DNA of 64,000 bases from Tubiluchus corallicola (Eukaryota > Animalia > Priapulida): assembly GCA_030141605.1 (NCBI GenBank), contig JAQGDQ010000109.1:372001-436000 (forward strand). The letters are read 5' to 3'. Below, piece after piece: positions 29,001 to 42,800 of this stretch. Position numbers and translations under genes: made by a program. The first letter of the stretch is position 1; the number at the start of each line of letters is the position of its first letter. The notes under the pieces were generated by a model. It ran no database searches. It was given only the letters and a program-made list of their open reading frames with translations, and was not told where the DNA came from.

Positions 29001-32000
29001 AATTACAGCAGTCAGCAATACATCATTAATTTAAGAACAATATATAAGCGTACTATGTTCATATAGAGATATAGCTGAAATCGCTTATCTCTTTCTGCAG
29101 CTCCGCTCTACAAACAACTGAAACAATAATGACAAGAGGAAAACATGTAAAGAATCATTGGTCACACTGTCATCAATCAACCTCACTAGATATTGCAGTA
29201 ATTTGTCAAAATAATGCCCCTACTTGAAATAAATATTTTTCAAATGAATGTGGAATGAAAGGAGTAAGAAATGCTATACTAATTATCACAAACTTTTTCA
29301 AATGTTACAGATACGACCGTGATTTTTGGCTTCGATGCAGCACTCTATAAAGCATTTAATAGAATCCTGCAAAAGACAATTTCCTAGCTAAAAAATTAAA
29401 GTTTTGAAAGGACATTTATTTGTAAAGTGAAAGGACCGGTTCTGTTATCTTTGTATCTTTACACCAAACGAAAGTGCTTTTCACTAAATTGAGCAAATCA
29501 GTGAAAATGAATTTCAGAAAAAGACACAAGAATGAATGTGTACTCACTACTCACGCCAAGTGCAAGTCAAGGCCTATTCATAGTGATAGTGACTGAAATT
29601 GATGAAAAATTTAATTTAAACTTCAAAAGCCTCTTACCTGATGGTACTACGGTAACAATGCTGTCCTTAGTGCCAATGCCAGCTTTGTTGCTAACACTAC
29701 ATGTGTATGTCGCCGACTCCCTAGCAGCAGAAATCACCAACCAACTTCCTGTTGGCAGGTGATCCTCAGCTGTTTCATCCCCACCAGCAGAGCTGAGTGG
29801 CTTCCCGTCTTTTAACCAAGAATAAGTGAACTTCTTCCCGGTGTCCAGTGTATCATCCAAAGAGATACAGGTGACAGTGTGTGGATCTCCTTCCAATATC
29901 GTCATCTTAAGAGGTGTTACGACAACTCTTGGCACAGGAACCACATAAATGGAAATGCTTTTGTTCTGCTTTTGTTCCCAATCCTTCACTGAACAAGTGT
30001 ACTTCCCTAAAATATCTTAATGTTTTAAACAATATCTTGGAGAAAATATACGAATCACTAATATGGGTTACAATTATCAGCCTTGTACTAACTATCTAGG
30101 CAGTACATAACTGCGATGGAAACTTCGGAAGTTTGAAAGAATTTTTAAACATAATCAAGTAACTAGCACTAGAAGTATTTTAGCTAACAAGACTCTAGAT
30201 GAATAACACAGCATTCTTTTTAGGGACAGCACAACGGGCAAGCATACCTTCATCTAGAATGCTGATGCTGTCCACATTAAAGATGGACGTGTATTGTCCG
30301 CGAAGGTTCTTCGGTAGTCGTGTCTCCCAAATGTTTCTTGTCGATTTCTCGATGGAGATCCTCGCGTCGTCCTTGTACCACTCAAACTCAATCCAACTAG
30401 ATCCCTTAGCTAGACAAACCAGTGTTAAATGTGATCCTACTGCAATTGGATTGGGTTCACCCGATTCTACTCGCTGCAAATTCAGTGCTGTAAAGGTAGA
30501 CGAAGGTAATTAAAAAGTTAGTGACTCACCTGTGTTGCTTGATAACAAAACAAACATCTAATAAGGTAGACGAAGGTAATTAAAAAGTTAGTGACTCACT
30601 GTGTTACTTGATAACAAAACAGACATCTAATAACATTGAGTTTTACCTCTAGCTCAATGACAGTAGTAGTTGGTAAACATTAATTGTAACTTTAATTGTA
30701 ATAGAGTAGTACCAATCCAAAAATGTTTTGTCGCAATTCACTACGTTTTGAACTCTCATTTTTGAAACATTTCTGATATCACGAAAAGAAATTAGACACT
30801 TTTTTAAAGGAGGAGGAACTGCACGCTAAAGAACAACATGTAAATGGTAAACAGATAATAGTGATTATAAGTGTCTCTATAACAGCTCCTATGCTGTTCC
30901 TTCCTATGTCTTCAAACAACTTTTCTTTCCGACAAGTGATATAAAATAGCTGAAAGCAAACCAGTGTACGCACACATATAGGCAATAAAAATAAGCAAAT
31001 ATCATTAACAAATAAACAATATGAACAGACAAAATCGCAAAAAAGCAATGTTATACAGGAAAAACACAATCCTGTAAACACACGACCGACCCAATGATAC
31101 CATACAGCCAGAGAAAGGGCATCTGAAATTATCGACAGTCTTGGTCTACGCTGGAAATCAATATTAAAGGTGACTTTCTTATAGTCCAGCGAAAAGCTGA
31201 ATAAACTGAGTTATTTTCTTACATTTTAAAGCCTTTTCTTGAGTGTGTTTACGTCCCTTGATATGTGATGGTTTTATAATCCGATGAGTTTTATTGACAA
31301 ACGCATAAAATGATTATTTTCTGCGCATAAGTTGACATTCTGGGGTAAAGTAACGCGCGTAGGAAGCTACTGTTGTTAAAGGTACTAGCGTCTGCATCTG
31401 CACAAAGCAGACATCAAATAGTAGGTCAAGATGTTGGAAATAGCTAATTATCCAAAAAATGGTACTTGGTAAATTTCATAACATATTGTTTTAGGGCTGG
31501 GCAACTAAGCAAGTAGACTTATTTATTTTGGTCCAAAACAAAGAGCGACTCCGCCCTGTAAGTCGGCCTGTGCCAAAATTGTCGACTAGGTCAACAAAAA
31601 AAGGTCAGCCAAAAAGCTCAATCTTTTATCGGAATACCATTAAATGCCTCTCGGTTTTCTTCACAATCACTTGGTTTTTTATTGACACTTTAAATATGGA
31701 CATACTTGACATCAAACTTCACTGAACATGGCTTCTTTGAAGTGATAGTGCAAAGCTAACCATAAATCGATCATACTAGGGGCAAGTGGCACATCGCTGA
31801 ATTCCATACGAAACGTAAAATGTGATGCTCCACGCCAAATTGCGAATCAGTTTTTGTTGTTTGCCCAGAAGTTTTGCATACTCGTAATACAAGCACTAGG
31901 AAAATTTAGCTACATTTTCGAAACTCTACAGTTCGCAGTTACTGAGCTAGACGTTTTTTAAATAGATCAAAATCAAAGCCACCGAAGTCGACAAAATTTT

Positions 32001-35000
32001 TTACGTTATAGTTGCAGAAGTTAGGCACCATGTGACAACACGGCATTTGGGCACTAGCAGTCAAGCTGCCAGAATCATGAGCTTAAAACGTTTGTGCCAT
32101 TTTTGGCGCCCTCTGGAAAACAAGTCTTAACTAGGACTTTTTTCAAAATCGACAGTCTATCATGGAGCGAGACATATTCTTTCATGTCTTGATTTTTTCC
32201 AGAAAGGTTTTCTATGTTGAATAACAAATTCATCGATGTAGCAAGGCATTGTATAGCTTAAAATATATTTTATTGATCATAACCATTCAGATGTCTCGAA
32301 ACATCATAGACAATAAAATACATTTTAAAACATTGGTATTTTAAAAGGGACGGTATATTTACTCATTTCTCTTGTGTCTTATGCACAAGTGAAAATTATT
32401 TTTAATGACATGATGGCGAAGTATACCAAAGTCTAAATGTACATTTCTATATTTCTAACATGTATGTATGTGATAGACTAGCAAAATGATCGATACACTG
32501 ACGAAATGACTAAATGTGCACTATTTGTTATATATACGTACCAGCGAAATGATAGACTGTCGATAAGGCAGAATGGTTAAATGATAAATTGGCAAAATGA
32601 TAGAGTGGTAAAAAATGTGAACTAGCGAAGTGAGTGGTTGTCGTGCAAGAGCGTTAGATGAACCTATTGCGTAGTCACCAAGTGGATCTACTTGTACATT
32701 GTACTGATCCCAGAGTTGATTACGATACTGTGGCAATTAAATTTTAACAGCTACGCTTTTACATCTATTTTTAAGCATCGTAACGCAGTTATTTAACATC
32801 TCTTTGGCTTAACCATCATTAACGAAAAAAATACTACGAAACAAAAACTACCAAGGCGGCAAAGTACAGGCATCGAAATTCGAAAGCAGTTCATATTAAT
32901 AAATGAAATGTGAATATATGTAATGCTCCGTTGAGATTACATTGATTTTACATTTCATTAATTTACATTTCAACTGTATTATGCTGAATTGAACAAGTAA
33001 GTTGGTTGATTAATTGATTGATTGATTGATTGACTTCCCGCTGTTACTTAACCAATACAACAAACGTACCTGGTTCGTACTTGAAGGTGAAATATTGTCT
33101 GTTTAGATTGAAATCTCCAAGCCCTCCTCTAGGAGAAGTGACGATAAACTCAAGAATTGACCGAAATGTGCTTTCCTCGGATTTATCTCCAACAAAATGA
33201 AAGTCCACAGTTACACCAGGAGGCCTAAATGCATAAAATTGGTACAACAAACAAAATAGCATTTTTTGTATACAAAGAGTATATTAGTGTAAAATCGCGA
33301 ACAGCTTGTTCCCTCAAATTGCATTTAAGGTGTGAAATTAAGTGCTACTAACTTCAGAAAATATTCACAAGAGAACTAAGCCTTCCCTACGCTAAACACC
33401 TTGCAAAGTTGCATTTTGTAAAGGCCTCAAAACAATACAAATGTCAGAAATAAACTTTTTATTTCAATAGCATGTAATTTCCTTATAACATTTCTGGAAT
33501 GTTCGAGTCAGATTGGTGCTTCAACCAGCATTGTTCAAAGTGAACCAACAGCTGTTTATAAATTTAATAGTAGTCTAGGCAAAATGTAATAAAAGAACTT
33601 AGAAATATATAAAGGCCAAATCATCGTAAAAAGAATGCAGTTGCTATGAATTTACCTGAAACGTATGACGGTGATATTGGTTGGTTCCCTGAGAAAGTCA
33701 GCGTATAAATCAGTGAGCTGAAACACGCAAAAATATTAATGACATAGTAGCATCCTAGCACATATCCACAGAGAGAGAAACATTAGTATTAAGTAGCTAC
33801 AAGGCTTATATCAATATTTCTCTTCTACATTTGACTGTAAATTGAACTAAATAACCGATTGCGGGTGAATATGAACTTTGTAAAGTTTCGTAGCACAATT
33901 GATTTTTCACAAAATTGAGCGGGAAGGATCTAGGATGGCTACTAACTCTATCAAAGAGTATTACGAAATGCAAAAGTGTGAACAGGAAGTGTGAACATTT
34001 TTACTAAGTAAGTTAAACAGTAAGCACAATGCAACAAGGAGCACAACGTGCGCATAGACTCTAGTGTATCACGAAAATAGTCAACTACATCTCGATGGTC
34101 AATATGTAAATAACTATCTGTGGAGATGCTATTTATTCAAAAGTAAATTTCTAAAAGTTGTTCTAAAGGGAGCTCACGCAAGTTAACACCAAGCCTTTAC
34201 AAACGCAGACAAATAGGTTTGGGAATTAATCTGTGAGCATTTTGAGAACTCATGATGAGAAAAGTGATTTCTTACGGTCAGTACTGCTAGCATTAAAAAA
34301 AGTCTAGGCAACATTTTAGCCAAGTTTCTAGGATAAAAAGAAAACTCTTAGTATTTATAAGCGCGTTCTAAAACTGAAAGCATTAGTGCAGGCAAAAATT
34401 AGCAGTAATTATGGTTAGCAACGATCATGGTGACATAAGTGCTCATTAAGCGAGCAGAATGGCCAATTAACTTTCCGGCCTTCAATTAAAATACAAAATT
34501 TTATCTAGTCTTTAAAACTTTTATAAGTTCACATAAATGGCTAACAACGATTCTCAAATTTCCACCATTTAATGCAGTTTCTCAGAATTCCAACAAAAAA
34601 CGATTTGCGATTTTAAAAAACTGGAAATTAATTGTTAAATATTATTTGTAAAATGCTATTATATTTAGCAACAAAGGCTATTAAGAAAAACAGAAACAAC
34701 AACAACAGAAATATTTTCTTTACGGGTTAATAACGTGCTTTTGCTTTTCCATTTTTTAACTTTTTAGCTGAAATTGTTCCAAAAACAAAAATAATAACTA
34801 TTTTAGTATGTTACATCACTTTCAATAGCTTTTTTCAAAAACAGTCGATTGTAAAGGAAAATACTTCAAACAGTACTAATTTACCTCACAAAAACCTATA
34901 AGATATTCAAATGAAAATACAAATAATTTAAATTATTTATAATAAAGAATTACTACCAAGAACACCTAAATTACGTGATTTCCTTTATTGCACATGCATA

Positions 35001-38000
35001 CATACTTAGATGGTCGACAGCACCTGCACTCGGTGTCAGGAAAACTACGCTTTCGATCATTTGAAATATTTCTCAATAATGTTACCTGCCACACTAAAAC
35101 TGATACTTAAGTATTTAACAAGGAAAGATTAGTTCCTAAGCTCCAGAAATCCCACGATTAGAACAAAGCACTCCTCTGAGAGATTTATAAATTAACATTA
35201 TTGCTTGATACCTAAACTAGGCGGGCAGTCAACATAGCTTATCAGGTATTTTTTTCTAGAGACGTTTAGAAAATGTACATATCACTAGGCCTAAAGTAGA
35301 GCTTTAGCCAAGTTCCGATGTGGTGTGGTTCCCACAAAACTTGAAACTGGCGGTACACTGGTATTCCCAAAGAAAAGCGAATTTGCCAATTATGGGTGCA
35401 GTTGAATTTGAGTTTCATGTTCTGGTGGAGTGTCCCATCTCTAGCTATATTAGATATGAATTCGTTCGTAAATCATAAATAAATTTGACACTTTTTTCAT
35501 GTTTTAAATGATAATGATAAATTTGTGTTATTTTTGAAAAGTGACGGTAATATTTGCAAACGCACTTTTAAAGCACGCAACTTAATTCTAAATAGAAGGA
35601 AGAACACCTCGTCGTTGAACTCTCAGGTCTCCTAAACCAAAACATTTGTTTGTTTATTTGTTTTTGGCATGTGCTTGATTGTAGGTTTTCTAATACATGT
35701 CATTTTTAAATTGTCTATGTCATGCTAATATTGATTTATTGTTTTTATTATTACAAGAATGTTGTGACAGTGACTGAGACTTAAATAAAAATCATCATTT
35801 ACTTACACTCCTATAACACACACTTTCTCAGCAGACTAGGCTAAATCTCTAGGCTACTCTATGCCAACAGCGTCACTTGACTAATTAATTAATCAGACTG
35901 TGCATATTTTATTAGCAGCTAAAATAGATATTCATGAACAGAACACATGTATGTTAGTAAACTGGAAACTTGCAGCGTTTAGGCGCTTACCAAACGTTCA
36001 ATCTCTTTCTTCAGCTGTTTATAATATGGAGAATCTTCTATGAAGCTCACATTGGCCAAGTCTATGCGAAAACTTCCAAAAAATCGAGCAACACCTAAAC
36101 AAAAAGTTGTAGTTCAGAATTTTAGATATCATGTAAAAAAATAATCCCATATCAATTTTTTCTCGTTTATTGAGTATGTGTTTTAGACATGGCAAGTCAA
36201 AATGCAATAAAGACAACACAAGAAACATAATCGTATCGTTAACAAATCAGCCCGCAGTTTTAACAACAAATGACCAAATCCTTAGCGCATTAATTTGTGG
36301 GCTGAAAACGGATCAGAAGAGATTTTAGCCACGTGACGTTATCAATAATATAGCATTAGAGACTGGCTTCTTCAATTATGTATCAACATTAAGGATAGTT
36401 TCTAGTACGAGTAATATAAGACTGGCGTAAGTTTAATGACAACTTTGCGTAATTATTAATATCTTGTCATAAAAGCTGCTTTATGATAATGATGGGAGAT
36501 TAAGTAAAACGCAGAGGCCAAGGAATCTTCTTAAACAGTTTCTTTCACCTGCAGTGTCGTTCTTGTACAGCCATAAGCATCTAAAACTCATGATCCTTAC
36601 TACAGGTGCAAATTTTTAATTCAATTGCAAGTCGCTTAGTGTGTTCGTCATCGTCATCACTGTCAGCAGCGCAATGTCACTGTTTTCATTTTCAATTTTG
36701 TCGCCATCGTTACCATCATTGTCATCATAAGATGCCAAAAAACCTACTATCGCAACGGATGCATTAATCAGCAGATGATGGCTGTGCCACTAACGATGAG
36801 AAATTATAATCAACAATACTTGCCTTCTTCTACGCAGGTAGCATTATCGTAGTCTAGCTTATAACCGGGATGGCAGGCACACTCGTGTTGTCCTGTACTG
36901 TCCTGGAAAAGGCACTTATCAGTACAACCGAGAATCTCGCATTCTGAAAACGAACACAAACACCACGGTTAACACCAATCAGTGCTTGAATGACAAGTAT
37001 CATGTAGAGATTTCTGCTCGAAATGATTTCACTTCAAAACTCTGAGGCTCTTGGCCTGGCATAGAAGATATGCAAGAAAACCTTATATGAAGGCTTAACA
37101 TTCTTTTTATATCATCGTATATACTAAGTGCATTTACATGGGTACCGGAAAAATACTATGTCATTGAGAACATTTCCTTCTCATATAACAGGCGTTGCTT
37201 TACGAACGACCTTAAAACATTACGGAACTTGCGAAACTATAGGCTTAATTAAGAAGATCGGATAACTACATTATCATTATTCAAGACAGGAGCACCGGAA
37301 ACACAGAAGCCATGAATCTCATACAGTTATGAAGAGGGAATAAGTACAGGATAATATGCTGATTGGGTTTCATTGTGGCTCTTCAGTATCATTATCCAGA
37401 CGTTGAATGAAAGCAGGAAATCAGTAGTAAGACATAATAGAAGTTATAGTGAAAATTGGACTTCCTACGCCTTGTTTCTAGAACTTAGACCGTACATTAC
37501 AATCCAGGTGCATGATGAGACTCGTTAAGGAATTGCAGCGTAACTACATTCATCACCTACAGAATTATCAAACTTTTATACAGTGAATGCTGCTGAAAAA
37601 GACTGTAATTTTTGCCAAAGTTTAATTTTGCACCACCTCTTCGTTTTCCTTCTATCTTTTTTTTCTTTTTTGCAAAATCGTTGCGTTTTCTCTTTGTTAT
37701 TTTCGATTAACTGCTGTTTTCTCCTTTTATTTTTTACACGGTTGTGTAGCCGTACTACATTTATTTTTTGTGACATTTTATTCGTGTCATTTACCTCTGC
37801 ATTTTATTTTATGTTTTTACGTGTAAAAGAAAAATTGATTTACTACAGTGGATCAAGTGAAAAGAAGTAAAAATACAGAAACTAAACCCCTACTTTGTAA
37901 GACTGTAACCCTTTCACGACAAAGAAAACAAGACGGCAAATCTAAAATTACTAAAACTAAAGAACTGAAGAATAAGAAAAAACTCTTATTAGGCAAACTT

Positions 38001-39673
38001 CTACTGTTGTCGTGCAGTATAATCCGCCCTAAATGACCATTTTAACAACTTTAATTTTCTACATCTGTTTACGTGCAGTATAATCTGCCCTAAATGACCA
38101 TTTTAACAACTTTAATTTTCTACATCTGTTTACGAGGAAATGAAACATTTTTCACTCACGCAGCAGTTACAATTTTGCGCTATTTTGTCGAATTACATCG
38201 TGTTTTGTGCCGCCAAGATTCAATTTACCTAAAAACAAAGTTTTCCTGCGACATTTAAAACTGTTTATTGCAAGCAGTTTCTACTAACGTTATTAACTCT
38301 TAGTTGAACAAATTGGTGTCGAATTGCATCGTGTTAATTTTGTTTCCAGATAATTGCAGTTAGAAGGTTATATGTGTTCCCACTTAGCGACTTTGTTGTA
38401 TTAAGACTTACATCGTAGCGCTCCATCTGCGAACAACTAATTGAAATAACATTCACGTTTGTAGCGTTTACATAGTAATGAAACTATCTGTTCTTCGCCA
38501 TGAAAGGGTTACAACTGTTAAGAGAGAGCAGTCACTTCAGAACATCATTTGTAAGTAAAATGTACTTTCGTGACAGTAAATCCGATTCTTTTCTTGTATC
38601 AGTACTCGTAATTTCACATCGCCCAATGAACTACGTCTTTTTATCACCCAAGAGGATCTGATCAAATTAACTGTTTGACAGATGTGAGCAAATTGAACTG
38701 TCGAAGATTGTATAGTATGGATTACTCATTTAAGTGGTAAAAGTAAAACTACACCGTAAAAAGCGGGCGGTGAAACCTAACTTGCATTTCGTTGTTCGCT
38801 GCTCGTGATTGGAAAACGAGTAACAGTTTTTAAAATTCTTCTTTATGCGTGATCCGAAATGCGAGAAGCGAATGACAGCCATGTTGTTGTTAGCGATGCG
38901 AATCGTGAATAATATTTATTTGAAGCTGATTATGATTCGAATCGTGTTTGTAGAAAATTCACTAAAAAAACTATTTTGTCAGATGTAGTAGATGATAAAT
39001 TTCCGCCTAACAGACTTTGTCAAATGTTATAACAGCTATCAATACAAAAACACTTTTCTAAACACAATTAATAAAAAGTTCTAAGGTACATCTAAAGGCA
39101 AGTTTATATTATGAATAAAAATAAAACGGGCCTACAAGAAGCCCAAAGGCATCTTTCCACACAGCCAGTCAGGAAATCACCAGTTAAAATTTTGTCGGTT
39201 TATAAGACAGCAACTGTTAACCTTTTATAATACAGATACAAGTCATATATGCGAATTTCCAAAAGAAGGTAATTTGAAAAGTTGCATCAAGGTGGATGAA
39301 CCAAGTCTAGACTGTACTAGTGGCAATGTTTTCGTCTGACATGTTCATCCAACTGATTGCCGTAATGTTTCCCTAACACACAATAATCTTCGAAGAGCCC
39401 TTTTTTAATAAAATACAATGCTTTGTGAAGCACAAATTTGATACGTTAGTCGCCTGACGGAAAACAGCAATTAATCTGACAACGGATGTTTAAAAATTAA
39501 AAACGTTAAACAAAAAGCACAACTGTGTAAAGATGAAGGATTCGCAAACATGAAACCTCTTAGGGCTACATGCTATTACTTGTACCTGCTCTAAAAGACA
39601 TTCTCGTACAACTGTTATAATTAATATTATTATTATAATTATATTATTTTTTTTAATTATTGTTTGTTGTTGT

Positions 39674-39751
<78 letters not shown>

Positions 39752-39789
39752 GGCTGCGGCTGCGGCTGCGGCTGCGGCTGCGGCTGCGG

Positions 39790-39857
<68 letters not shown>

Positions 39858-42800
39858 ATTATTATTATTATTATTATTATGGTCATCATCTTCATCATCA
39901 TCATCATTATGGTTATCGCCCAATCACGTTTTTCGTGACGTGATAACGAATGATAAACAGTTATATAAACTGATGTTAACTTGACCTTTTACGAATGCGA
40001 CGATTTTTGTTTTTCACGTGAAAATGCCGAATCGGACTAACAATCTACTTGTCCACATTTCGAATCCTGAATAATGAACAGTAACGTGAATTCTGGTGTT
40101 TTCTCAATCGCGAATAAGTGAATAACGGAATAACAATTAGAATATTCAGCGTTTTTCGAACGAATAAACGAGTTCACTTCACTCAACAGTAGAGGGACAG
40201 TATTCGCAACAGCATTACAGAATCAGTTATTAATTCTCTGACAAGCTAGAATTTTTCAAGAAACAAAGACTATGGCTTAGATACAGAAAATGGGCTTTGA
40301 CGTGAGGAACTATTACTTTAAGTATAGAGAACGATCATAATTTAGTTTGAAACTCCGGGACCCCTGGTCGTACAGGCATTTCTTTATTTATTTTATTAAA
40401 AAAAGTATCCATACATACAACAATTTTCAAATGCATAAAACAATAAAAAAAGAACAATAATAAACAAGACATGTTAAAATGGATACGGGAAAGACATAAA
40501 GAGTAAAATTAGTACTTACATATGTCTACAGAAATACCAATGTGTTCAAAATTTAATTTTCAATCATCTTTGACTAAATAATTTCCCTCCTTTGTTTAGT
40601 TTTGCTTGCTACGTGTGCTTGTGTATACATTTGTGTTATGTGGTGTTCTCTTGGTTTATCAGGGCACGTGACTTAGGAAAAACTTAAAGTTTCACCTACT
40701 GCGGTCCTGTTCTTAAAAGCATTGTCCGCTTTGCGACAATCACGTATTTTTGCACGTATTTTGCGATTGCGTTTTGTAATTTTGTTCCTTGATCGATTTA
40801 TCGTCAAAATTTCGTTTTAGCAGTTTTTCAGCCAAACTAGTAATTTAACAATTTCTTTTCTTGATTAAAATAATCAAACTAGATTTTATTAGGCTTTTAT
40901 TCTGCCATACAATTCCACCTTTCCTTTGTTCCAATAGCACTGTTCTTAACGTATGGTGTTCTTTGAAGACATTTATTTCACAAAGTTGTAATTAAATTTG
41001 AACGTCTATAATAATGAAGTGGAACGTAGTCATAAAACGTTATCAGCTCTGCATTAGGTAATACAATTTTGGTAGTACATTGGTTTTGTGGTTAAATACG
41101 TATGGTATACATACTAATACTATCGTACATCACGCAAATCGCTTGCCTTTTATTGCGTGTAAAAGAAAGTTTAATAAACAGCACAAATATAAAATTTACA
41201 AACATCATATGCTCGTCTTTACAAATAGCACTGTGTATCTAATCTTTAAATGGTTCATTCATTTCCTGTTTGATGCAATGATTCTAGCGTAACTGTTGAA
41301 AGTCTTTATTTCGATTTTTCGTCTCAGCACAAGGTTTTTCATTTGTAATAATTAATGGCAATTTTGCTTTGTTCTTTACAAGCTGTTTCAGAAGATATAA
41401 TTATGTGAGGTGTATTGATCTTCTGATTCTTTTCTTGAAACATCGTTTCTTCGAGCCTTAATTAATGCCTCGATATAGCATAGATAATCAACGTGATATA
41501 ACATAAATCTTTCATATCTTTCAGATCTTCAAGATCTATGCTATATCAAATTGATTTCAGCTGATGATGCTCCGTAAGGGAAGAGAGCTTCTAAAAGAAA
41601 AAATAAAGAATTTTCTGAGCCCTAAGCGTATTTTGACTTCGTTTACCGTTTGTTGCCATGGCGAGACTCAGAAGAGCACTATCTTATTTTGAAGCTAGTG
41701 AACGTTTTGCAATAATAACTACTTCCAGTCGCAGCTAACTAGTGTTGAATAAAATAAAAATTACTCGTATTTTGTTGAGTATCATCTTTTGTATCTGATA
41801 TACTTCCATCACTTCTTTCACTGACAGCCCTGTCTTGAAATGATGTGCATTTTTTTGTCTTTGATTGATTTAATTTAAGATTTCAACTGCTTTGGAATTT
41901 TCTTTCAATTTCGGCAGCTCAGAATTTCGAAACGCGCTTATCTAACCTATATCACTGGCTTCTTGTGATAAAATGTTTCATGGAAATCCACGATAGGATA
42001 TTTGTGAACAAGTACACAAAATGAAAGGTTATCTCTGGTGAATTATTGGGATTTGTTAAAAATAGATACTGTTAAACTCAATCAGTAATAAACAACTTGA
42101 CATTTAACGTTAAATAATCTGTTGTATAGTTAACAAAACAAAAACCCATAAGTTAGATGTATAAACAAAGCGTTTTTATCAAAATAACTTATTAAAACAA
42201 AATAGTATTGTAATGTAACAAAACTTAAACATCGTGAATTACTAGCCTACTAAGTAACACTTACAGAATTTCAATACTCATTTTTACTATAGACAAAGCA
42301 GGAAATGATTTGTGACTTCTAGTCTTTTATTGTTTTGCACCAACCATTTTAATTCACAGCCGTGATGAGTTACTAACTGCTTTTTCAAGCATAAAGAGCG
42401 AATGAGCAAACGGTTAAACAAGAAACGACGTTGCAGCGAGCAACAAGAAAACGATAAACGAACAAAAATGTACGAATGAATGCCTGAATCAATTAGGAGT
42501 GAACAGAGGAAAGACTGATGAAAGAACAAACAAATTACGAAATAAGTGGTTAAATAAACTAAACAACAATCGTATCCTCTGTCTTTATTAAGCACTATAT
42601 ACATGATTATATATTATATCCTTTGCGTTTATGCTTTTCCATTCACTCTTCTGTTGTGTTTCTCTGGACTTTCACTATTATATTTTTTTGAAACTAATGG
42701 CAATAGTAATAGTAAGTTTGTAACATATAATTACCGAACCTATAGCCCTAATTATTCAAGAATTAACAACACAAAGCAATACATACACAAAGCAAAACGA

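Noticed and set aside
39653-39984. Poly-N/T/A/L/V ORFs
   Set aside because: Translations of a trinucleotide microsatellite.
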